Of a stretch of 21,067 bases of DNA, positions 12,380-21,067 are shown one piece after another (position 1 is the stretch's first letter; each line of letters starts with the position of its first letter). The DNA lies in assembly GCA_024626585.2 (NCBI GenBank), contig JANKJI020000002.1, positions 142,163,034 through 142,184,100 on the forward strand. Reading direction: 5' to 3'. Position numbers and translations under genes: made by a program. Source of the stretch: Ginkgo biloba. Lineage: Eukaryota; Plantae; Ginkgophyta. The notes beneath the pieces are model-generated. The model saw nothing but the letters and a program-made list of their open reading frames with translations, made no database searches and was not told the origin of the DNA.

Positions 12380-13270
12380 TAGGTAATAAACATATAAAAT
12401 GTTATCTATATATCCTTTATTGATAAATATACTATGTATGTAACTTTTTTTATTGCTATATGNNNNNNNNNNNNNNNNNNNNNNNNNNNNNNNNNNNNNN
12501 NNNNNNNNNNNNNNNNNNNNNNTGATAATTTTTTGGATTTTTGTAGTCTAGTGAAGTCCATGTCACCTAATTCAAATGATTTTTTTCTCAATGTATTGTT
12601 TTTTTCCTACCTCATTTGATTTATTTCCATATTCAAGTTTTACTTTAATTATTTTATTAGGTTTTGTATCTCCTTTATGGAATCTTGTACTCTAAGTACC
12701 CTTGATTTCTAGTAGTAAGAGATGTTTCATGGAAGGTGGGATAAAGGGACGTATTGATATGAATAGAGGCATACTTAATAAGGTGTTGTATTTCATTTTA
12801 TAATCATTTTTTGCATTTTACATGATTATCTTCTACATACATTTGTAGGTGACCTTCAAGCCATTCAATTACTATATCTATTTACCCATATATTTGGGGA
12901 TGGTATGTGGTTCTCAAGTTAAAATCAGTACTCATGATTCTTAAGAGTTCACTCATCAAATGTTAATTCTTAATTTTGGTTCTATATAGTTCATTATTCT
13001 TTCATAGAATATCTAATCTTTATGTACTTCCTTGATAAGAAAATTTACGATCTCTAGCATCATACTTATTAGATTTATTACTATGAAGTTTTAATACTTG
13101 GTTAAATAGTTGAAAAATAATTATATGGTATATTTACATTTGATTTTGGTAGCATAATGATAAATTCCATTGATATCTCATCCAAGGGTTAACATTTCCT
13201 TAGTAATTCTACATTTTTTCCTTCTTCTCTAGAAGCTATCACACTCTTCTTCAAACCTTACTATGTTTAT
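12380..13270 (-). pseudogene. Gypsy integrase remnant
   Basis: VRFEEECDSF*R (cf. EC..CQR); EISMEFIIMLPKS (about 13141-13180, cf. ISMDFI.GLPKS); TTYHPQIYG*IDIVIEWLEGHLQMYV (about 12844-12915, cf. TAYHPQTDGQTE.VNKWLEGYLR.YV); SFELGDMDFTRLQ (cf. SFEVGD.VFLRLQPY). Confidence 0.9.
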
Positions 13271-14110
13271 TTTTATTTTTAATAAGTAGAATAATATGTT
13301 AATATTATTTTATAATTTCTTNNNNNNNNNNNNNNNNNNNNNNNNNNNNNNNNNNNNNNNNATTGATTTTTTAATACACTTTGAGCCTTTATTTATATAT
13401 ATATATATTTAAGTTGACTATGACACTTCCATTTCCAATACTCCATCCATTATCCTTTTTACTGTTTATTATATCCTATATCAATAGATATATGTTATGA
13501 TATTTATTATACCCTTATTATACTTACATAATATAATTTATTTCTATTACCATTATTGTATTTGGTGAAACANNNNNNNNNNNNNNNNNNNNNNNNNNNN
13601 NNNNNNNNNNNNNNNNNNNNNNNNNNNNNNNNNNNNNNNNNNNNNNNNNNNNNNNNNNNNNNNNNNNNNNNNNNNNNNNNNNNNNNNNNNNNNNNNNNNN
13701 NNNNNNNNNNNNNNNNNNNNNNNNNNNNNNNNNNNNNNNNNNNNNNNNNNNNNNNNNNNNNNNNNNNNNNNNNNNNNNNNNNNNNNNNNNNNNNNNNNNN
13801 NNNNNNNNNNNNNNNNNNNNNNNNNNNNNNNNNNNNNNNNNNNNNNNNNNNNNNNNNNNNNNNNNNNNNNNNNNNNNNNNNNNNNNNNNNNNNNNNNNNN
13901 NNNNNNNNNNNNNNNNNNNNNNNNNNNNNNNNNNNNNNNNNNNNNNNNNNNNNNNNNNNNNNNNNNNNNNNNNNNNNNNNNNNNNNNNNNNNNNNNNNNN
14001 NNNNNNNNNNNNNNNNNNNNNNNNNNNNNNNNNNNNNNNNNNNNNNNNNNNNNNNNNNNNNNNNNNNNNNNNNNNNNNNNNNNNNNNNNNNNNNNNNNNN
14101 NNNNNNNNNN

Positions 14111-14650
14111 ATAAATCCTCTTAGTTTGGTGATCATATTTGGCCATGGACAATCTTTAATGGATGGATTTTTTCTGGATCAATACTTATCACATTATTTA
14201 TTAAAATGTGGTTGATATATTTCAATCTATATATTCCAAATGAATATTTTGACTCATTTACATATAGTTTATGTTTATCTAATATCTCCAACTCATTATC
14301 AAGATGATTTATATGATCATCCTAGTTTGCACTATAAACTTGGATATCATAAGAAAATACCAACATGTACCTTTGTAATAACTTAATAAATATTATATAA
14401 ATTAGTTATTTAAATACTACTAGACATTATATAATCCAAATGGAATAACCCTAAACTCAAAATGTCCTTAATGCATATAAAAATCCATTTTATGCCTATT
14501 TTTTACCCATATCAAAATCTAGTAATATCTTGATCATATTCTATATTTGAAAAATACCATGTGCTATTTAATTCATATATTAAGTCATCAATGTGAGGTA
14601 ATGAAAAATTATCCTTTATGATTATTTTATTTAACACTTAGTATTCAATT
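14111..14650 (-). pseudogene. Gypsy reverse transcriptase remnant
   Basis: IEY*VLNKIIIKDNFSLPHIDDLIYEL...YFS (cf. IDYRALNKITIKDKFPLP.IDDL); GHFEFRVIPFGLYN; LVFSYDIQVYS (around 14343-14357, cf. LVFFDDILVYS); DPEK; ITKLRGF. Confidence 0.93.
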
Positions 14651-15299
14651 CATAATTAAAATTACTCATCCTTAATTTATGTAAGTTTACTAGTGTAGCA
14701 TATGGGAATTGATTGTTTATGTTTTCTCCTAGGTCTTTGAGATATTATAGAAATAACTTAAATTTTAACTTTTGAATGGAATTTTACCTATATTATTTCA
14801 TTATGATGAATCATTTTATAAGCTCAATTTTTATAATGTACTCTATAACCCTATTTGGTTGTAATATCTTTGGCAAATCTTGAAAAAATCTTACTATATT
14901 TCTTTAAGAATTGACTGCCTTCTTCATTTTTCTCTTTGGTTTTATCTTCATTATTAGATATGAGGTCTAATCATTATTCCATATTATATAAACTTACAAT
15001 AAATATTAAGTTCCCTTGGCATAGTATTTGGATCATATGTTAGGAACTCATGATTGTATTTACTATCATACTTATGCCCAAAATTTAATACTTGGTATTT
15101 AAAGGATAAAAAAGGTTTTATCTTCAATTTCTAGGTAGCATATTTTTTACCATATCCATTATTCCACAAGACTTTATGATTAATGACTGACTTATAATTT
15201 TTGGCCCTTATCATGCAATGGCTATGAGATATAGAGATTAAGATCAAAAGATTGATTAAGTGTTCAAAGTAGTGATTATTAGAGACTTGCTTATGGGAA

Positions 15300-16265
15300 A
15301 ATTGCAATTATTATTTATGGCCCTTATTAGGTAATATAATCTAATGACATTTATAGTTTGTGGCCCTTTTTTTAGCTCGTCCTATCAACTACCATAGTAT
15401 ATGTTTACTATATTTTTCCACAGAAGGCATGTCATCTTAGTTTTGAAAGGATTTTAGGTGTTGATCATTTATATTATACAATATTAANNNNNNNNNNNNN
15501 NNNNNNNNNNNNNNNNNNNNNNNNNNNNNNNNNNNNNNNNNNNNNNNNNNNNNNNNNNNNNNNNNNNNNNNNNNNNNNNNNNNNNNNNNNNNNNNNNNNN
15601 NNNNNNNNNNNNNNNNNNNNNNNNNNNNNNNNNNNNNNNNNNNNNNNNNNNNNNNNNTTCACAATAGGATCATAATTTGACTCCCTTCCTTGTGTCTCCT
15701 ATTGATCCTTCATATTATTAGTTATACACCTTATTTTTGAGTTATTGATAAAATTTAATATAGTGTATCCTTCTTTCAAATAACACATAACATATTTCAA
15801 ATGCTTTATAGCCCTCCACAAATTATCTAGTGAACTATATTGCTTCATCTAATGTTTGAGGTATTTTTCATTGTTATCTTGACCCTTATATCCGTCCTTA
15901 AATTGGTAGTATAAATTGTATAGACATTATCTCTTATGATATATTCCTTATTTTGAAAAATTTAAAAATTTTTAGTATATTTGCCTATAAATTAATCTTT
16001 TTATAAGAAATGGGCAAGTTGGATGTTGTATAGATCACCCCATTTTTTGTCTACTTTCTTGTATAAATTATATATGAATTGATTGAATATTCATATCCCT
16101 ATATATATGTGTGAAATTCCCTTAATATATTATAGTGCAAGGCATACTTTTCATATATCTGCAACTATTCCTTCTTGTTCATAATCCACTCTAGATTGTG
16201 TACCTATTCATGTCATTTTTTTAGTCCATAAACATTGAAGATTGTGATCTTAGGTTGCATATTTA
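15300..16265 (-). pseudogene. Gypsy gag remnant
   Basis: QPKITIFNVYG...VHNLE; FYTTNLRTDIR followed by PQTLDEAI*FTR (15827-15862, cf. GL..DIR..V....P.TL.EA...AR); a decayed YKC...GHK Zn-knuckle-like motif near 15315-15350. The position between PBS and RT fits gag. Confidence 0.65.
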
Positions 16266-16584
16266 AAGCAATACTTTATCCTTGTTTTCCTACATATTTT
16301 TTATTATTTTCCCTCTAGTTGATAAAAATATTATTATTCTTGGCACCACATTTTTTTTTCTTCTTAAACTTGTACTTATTTATAATCTCTACTTTATTAT
16401 TTTAGACTTTATATTATTGAAATTTATGGTCATTTGATTTTGGAGAATTTCAAACCTAGAATCTTATTACTTTAATTAGGAATAAAACCATATTAGAAAA
16501 AAATCTCTATCTTCCATACTACTCTTTTACTATTATTATCATATTCATATCTTACTTTTTACTTCTCTGAAGATCATTTTTGAA

Positions 16585-16596
16585 GCTCTAATACCA
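16585..16596 (-). other. Primer binding site for tRNA-iMet
   Basis: The minus strand reads ...ccttaCA ag TGGTATTAGAGC, the canonical TGGTATCAGAGC with one C>T change, 2 nt inside the LTR CA end. Confidence 0.92.
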
Positions 16597-16598
16597 CT

Positions 16599-17267
16599 TG
16601 TAAGGTTCTAAATGGAAAATTTCTAAAATAACCAAATAAATAGTATAATTTAGATAATATATATATATATCCATCACTAAACATCCAAATATGACAAGTA
16701 ATTACAAAATTTAACCATACTTAGTCATAATAAGTTAATAAAATCATTGAGAAAAATCTACGTGAATTATGAAGAGATGGGGCTTGAAAGGATTGACAAG
16801 AATGAAATTGGGAGAACCTACTATCCAAAGAGAGAATGGTTGTGTGGAAATTTATACCCATAGAGGGATAAATTAGAAGAATATTTTTCCAAAAGGATTT
16901 TTTCCTTATTAAAATAAGAAGTATAAATTACTAAAGATGTTTGATAATAAAATCAGAAGCAAGTTGGCCCTTATTTAGCCTAAGATAATGCAAATTTCCT
17001 TTTGGCTTCCTTTAGGTCAACTGAGGCTTTTATTTAGGCCCAAAATTAACCTTAGTGATAATAACTTAAGCACCCTTAATATAGCTCCACTATAAGGATG
17101 AACTAATATATTTTAAGGGTATTATGTACTTAAGTATTTCTTAAATTCACTCTTCCTTAGGCCTAGTTATGCTACATAGATATAAAAAATTTCAAATAGT
17201 GTCCTAGGGATAATGCCCTTAGTAGGAACAATATAGATAAAATTGATGACCATAGGGCCCTTTTACA
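16599..17267 (-). repeat. 5' LTR of the chromovirus (about 669 bp)
   Basis: It has TG...CA termini with a short inverted repeat (tgtaa...ttaca), abuts the PBS and is homologous to 11584-12145. The 17267 boundary is inferred from the terminal motif; gctaca at 17176 is an alternative. Confidence 0.85.
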
Positions 17268-18301
17268 CTTTAAAATTTTTAATTATTATGATTTTTCACT
17301 AAGGATAAAATCATATTGGATGAAATTATAAGATGTCAAAGGAAGTTGTAAAAGTTATGCAAGGTTGAAAAAATAGAAGAATTCTTGACATGAACAAGAA
17401 GCATAACTTTATACAAGTGTTCTATATCCATTATTAATTATAAATAAGAAATATGTAGTTATTATAATAAATATTTAGAATGTAAAGTTACATTGATGAA
17501 ATACTACCCTATAAGATGAATAATTCATCCAAACCTCAATAAACATTAAAGTTGTATACAAGTAAGTTGTTAACTTGAAAATAGTATTTCAATAGAGGAA
17601 GATATAACATAACAAATTAATCTAACAACACAAATGGTATCCACTCTAATCCACAACCAAGATTAAANNNNNNNNNNNNNNNNNNNNNNNNNNNNNNNNN
17701 NNNNNNNNNNNNNNNNNNNNNNNNNNNNNNNNNNNNNNNNNNNNNNNNNNNNNNNNNNNNNNNNNNNATTACCATTACTCATTCATTGCACTATTCAATG
17801 TGTACCCCTAAGTCATTCTTAAACTTCCCACAACTTGCAAGGAGAAACTAAGGGAAGAACTTGACTACCTTTATCTCAATAAACCTCTCACACTTAAATA
17901 ATATTGACAATTAGAAACTAGTTTGAAAGTTTTGTCAAGTTTGGATTCATAATATCTATGAAATTATTTAGGCTTTCGAAGTTGAAGTCACCTAAGTTAT
18001 CCCATGCTACCATCATTCTTCCTAATAATCCTCAATAAATAAAAAACTCCCTAAAAATGACTTACATCTCTATTACCTTTGAGGTCTTAAAAATTCCATT
18101 CATCAAGCACCAAATTAAATAAACACTTGAAATAAAAATTGAATTACAACTCTATTATCCTTGAGGCTCTAACTCGCTAATAGAGGAAAAAATATAAAAT
18201 AAATTAGATAAGCCAAGGCTTGAAGAGGATGTGACCAATGGGTGACTCGCTTCATGAAGACAATTAGACTTTCTAAGTATTATGTTCCCTTTAAATCTTA
18301 G

Positions 18302-18735
18302 ATGGCTTCTTTAGATTGGTCAATGGCTCAACTAGTATTCAATGAAACCCCAATCATATTAACAAACATAGGTAACAGGCGAAACCCACATCCTTTAGAA
18401 TGTGTATGGACCATCATGAATTACTCATGGGATGACCTAATTCATATCAATGTATTCTTATCCCATGCAACCAATAATATGGCTAAATACATTACAATCA
18501 TCAATTACCTTATAGATGCTCTTGCATTCAAACCTTCCCATGTTGTCATGTACACAAATTGACTTATGCTAGTCAATTAGCTAAACCGACTTTGGGAGGT
18601 ATTTCATCCATAATTGAGAATTTATGTAGCCACATCTATATCTTTGATGGTTGAATTTTCATCCATATAGTTACAACATATAACTAGGGAGGGCAACATA
18701 GNNNNNNNNNNTATTTGGTGAACTCAATTCTCTAG
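18302..18735 (+). pseudogene. Stand-alone archaeal-type RNase H (aRH / RVT_3-like) pseudogene
   Basis: The ORF at 18302, read through its stops, gives ...ILTNIGNRRNPHPLECVWTI...FLSHATNNMAKYITII...VVMYTN*LMLVN*LNRLWEVFHP*LRIY...EFSSI*LQHITREGNI-(N10)-YLVNSIL*. This matches L..ATNN.AEY / DS.L.V.QLN..W.V / HI.RE.N..AD.L.N. The visible catalytic acidic positions read N/K/N, consistent with G>A decay. Confidence 0.85.
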
Positions 18736-18796
18736 CATTTCTCAATATCTTGACATCAATAGACATAAATTCAACATCTACTCTCAATTTACAATA

Positions 18797-19129
18797 TCAT
18801 TCCATATCGATGAGTTTCTCTTGATTAGGAAAAATAATATAATAACAATTAGGGGTTTCTAGATCACTTTGTGTAAATGAGAGCTCACCCATGACTCTTA
18901 AAGTAACATCATGGGGTAGATTAGGACCATGAATACAATAATCATACCCTTGATCATATGCCATGCATTTGTTATCCACAATTATTAAAATGAGTCGCTT
19001 AACTTTATTTTTTTGTAGGTCTCTGTCATCCTCGCTGGCTTTTAAAAACTCTATTTAAGCTTCTCAATCCTTTTTAACATTTAAAACTATCTAATAAAAA
19101 TTCCCATCCTTTGTTGCTAGTCAAACCAT
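18797..19129 (-). pseudogene. Putative decayed 110-codon ORF of unknown function
   Basis: ATG at 19129 in a gaaaATGG context, 4 stops in the first 25 codons, then 85 stop-free codons (IEFLKASEDDRDLQKNKVKRLILIIVDNKCMAYDQGYDYCIHGPNLPHDVTLRVMGELSF...DME*). I recognise no family. Confidence 0.35.
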
Positions 19130-19414
19130 TTTCTTAATTGAAAAATACTCATTCCACCTTTAAGCACACTATTGATTAACTAGTTGCTCAATTACAATTA
19201 GGAAACTATACTTTACAATCACGCGCAAATCAATAGTGGGTATAAAATTTGGATGAACATAAATTTAAAAATAAAAATCAGGAAGTTAGGCCAACTCCCA
19301 ATGAATTACGGATTGGTCCTAATTACCTCAACCCATTTAATTCAATTGGGTGAGAGCCATAAGGTGTCCTTCATTGTATTGAATTGTACTTAGCCTTGGA
19401 TAAGACTTGGACCT

Positions 19415-19422
19415 TATAAATA
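19415..19422 (+). promoter_or_regulatory. Candidate TATA box (cctTATAAATAgag)
   Basis: It matches the plant consensus TATAAATA in a relatively GC-richer context. This is motif-only evidence in AT-rich DNA. Confidence 0.3.
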
Positions 19423-19894
19423 GAGCATGGTTAGACCACCAAAGAGGGGGAATTAGAGAGAGTAATATTATGCTACCAAAATATTGAGTCTATTGTCTAC
19501 ATATTGACTTGCTTCATCACTCATTTCTATGTCCTTTTCATTCTCCTCCTTCATACTCCATACTTTGCCCATTATTACAGAGGCCATGAAAATATGGTAT
19601 TAGGATCCCATATCCCTTGTAGGTTACAATCAATATTTTTCCTTCCATTATTAATTTAAATTTGTCTCACCTTATTTTCTCCTCTTAGTTAATGGAATTA
19701 AGGCTTAGGATAAGGTTAGAAAGTGATCAAAATCTATATGAGACATAGAGGCCAACAAAGTAGAACAAAGTGGCTCGCCATTTCATATTCACTTTATACG
19801 TTCTTGTAACTTTCTCCTCTTTCTACCTTAAATTATGATTAGAAATATCATTCTATCTAATTTAACATGATAATTAAATCACCAAAGAAAATGT

Positions 19895-20143
19895 TGTTAA
19901 AGAATTAGGTCAATTCTTTATTTTGTTATTTGTTTTCTTTAGCTAACTATTGGGATTTCTCACCCCTATCTATATATAGTAATTGATGTCTTTCGATTTC
20001 ATGCCAAATTGTTATAATATTATCTAATTTTTCCATAAATTATATCTAATTTCTAATTATGTTTACATAGACCTCTAGTAACATCTTTTCCTTATGAAAA
20101 TTTTGACCACTAGTATGAGATGCATGGGGTACAATCCCCCTCT
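19895..20143 (-). mobile_element. Possible short 3' LTR (about 240 bp) with adjacent PPT, copia-like
   Basis: The minus strand reads AGAGGGGGAT (20143-20134) immediately followed by TGTACCCC..., then ctatatatag (TATA-like), aataaa and ...ctttaaCA at 19895. There is no partner LTR in the window. Confidence 0.45.
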
Positions 20144-21067
20144 AACCCNNNNNNNNNNNNNNNNNNNNNNNCAACTAGGATGCTATATCTACTATATTAA
20201 GGGACTATCTCTCTCTATCTAATGGAATCTCTTATCTTTTCACAAAAACCAAGTGGGTAGGATGGATTCATAGTAATTTCTTTCTTTCTTGCATACCAAC
20301 CTAGGAAAGATAATCTGACACACCTACATCTCACACTCATAATTAGGTAAAATATATATCATCACCAATATATTTAATATTTTTCATGAAATTNNNNNNN
20401 NNNNNNNNNNNNNNNNNNNNNNNNNNNNNNNNAATTCCTAACTATTATTTTCATGATTGATTCACCTTTGGGCCATCCCTCAAGAGAGAGGAAATATACA
20501 AGATCAATATATTTTCACTTATAAAGGTCTTAAATAAACCTAATTTTTTCCTTTAATTTAAAAATAAAATAATAGAATCATGTTCTAAAATTGTAGGTTT
20601 ACCTTTTATGATGATTGTTATGTTGAAAATAATAAATTCATGAAATTAATATCATTTTTTAGAATTGAAATAAAATTTTCCTAGGACTGTCAAAAGGACA
20701 TAGTATTTTTTTTTGTTTATTATACTCATAAACCTATTGAAATAATTTTTCGTTTGGGTATTGTGTGTATATTATTACTCTAAGAAATTCATATAACTTA
20801 TTGATGAATTGTAGGTTTTTTTATACTTGTATAGATTTCACATGTTCCTAAGTTACCCTAAAAAGACCAAGAACTCTATGAAAAATAATCCTAAGAGATA
20901 ATAATTTACCTTAAAGGATACGTAACTTACTATATGGAGAGAGATAGGAAAAATACTCAAGAAAAGTATGTAAGAACCACATCAAGATATTAATATATTA
21001 TAATTATAATGAGGGACTTGTTTAAGGATCTAATCTATGTAATCTCTTTGTTATTTGAGAATTTAAT

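Larger units (their letters stand above)
11584..17267 (-). mobile_element. Ty3/gypsy chromovirus LTR retrotransposon (Reina-like), near full length (about 5.7 kb), decayed
   Basis: The minus-strand order is LTR, PBS(Met), gag, RT, [N-gap where RNase H belongs], integrase, chromodomain, PPT, LTR. The RT-before-INT order plus a chromodomain define a chromovirus. The Reina-like assignment rests on the compact size and the FFDDIL / WLEGYL / F.VGD.V.LRLQPY-type motifs and is an inference. Confidence 0.92.

Noticed and set aside
13507-14215. Three ORFs of about 200 aa in the ORF track
   Set aside because: They are almost entirely N-gap. Only ITKLRGF is meaningful, as part of the gypsy RT. The ORFs at 2574, 4068, 5240, 6433, 8720 and 15474 are likewise mostly gap.
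14950-15250. Gypsy aspartic protease (KVLWNNGYG near 15150-15175)
   Set aside because: The position is right, but the D[ST]G motif is not recognisable, so it is not called separately.
1-21067. Host genes, tRNA/rRNA, CRISPR arrays or prokaryotic systems
   Set aside because: I saw no intact CDS, structured RNA or repeat-spacer periodicity, and all recognisable content is plant retroelement-derived.

Overview
This window is very AT-rich, strongly CpG-depleted and gappy, and it contains no intact gene. It looks like intergenic DNA from a large, heavily methylated plant genome (gymnosperm-like, by inference), made of decayed retroelements that I identified by manual translation through stops and frameshifts. 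(1) A faint Ty1/copia RT-RNase H trace at about 1.05-1.89 kb (+). (2) A plant L1-clade LINE at about 6.6-10.85 kb (+) with no recognisable 5' part. It shows RT, a Zn-knuckle region, a C-terminal archaeal-type RNase H (aRH) and an unusually long 3' segment that may hide a third ORF. (3) A nearly complete Ty3/gypsy chromovirus at about 11.58-17.27 kb (-) with LTR, tRNA-iMet PBS, gag, RT, integrase, chromodomain, PPT and a second LTR; the two LTRs are only about 70-85% identical by eye. (4) A stand-alone aRH pseudogene at 18.30-18.74 kb inside a cluster of small unrecognised reading frames on both strands, which is the best candidate for an undescribed accessory cassette. (5) A possible short LTR with a PPT at 19.9-20.14 kb (-). 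Most entries in the ORF track are N-gap artefacts or antisense shadows.
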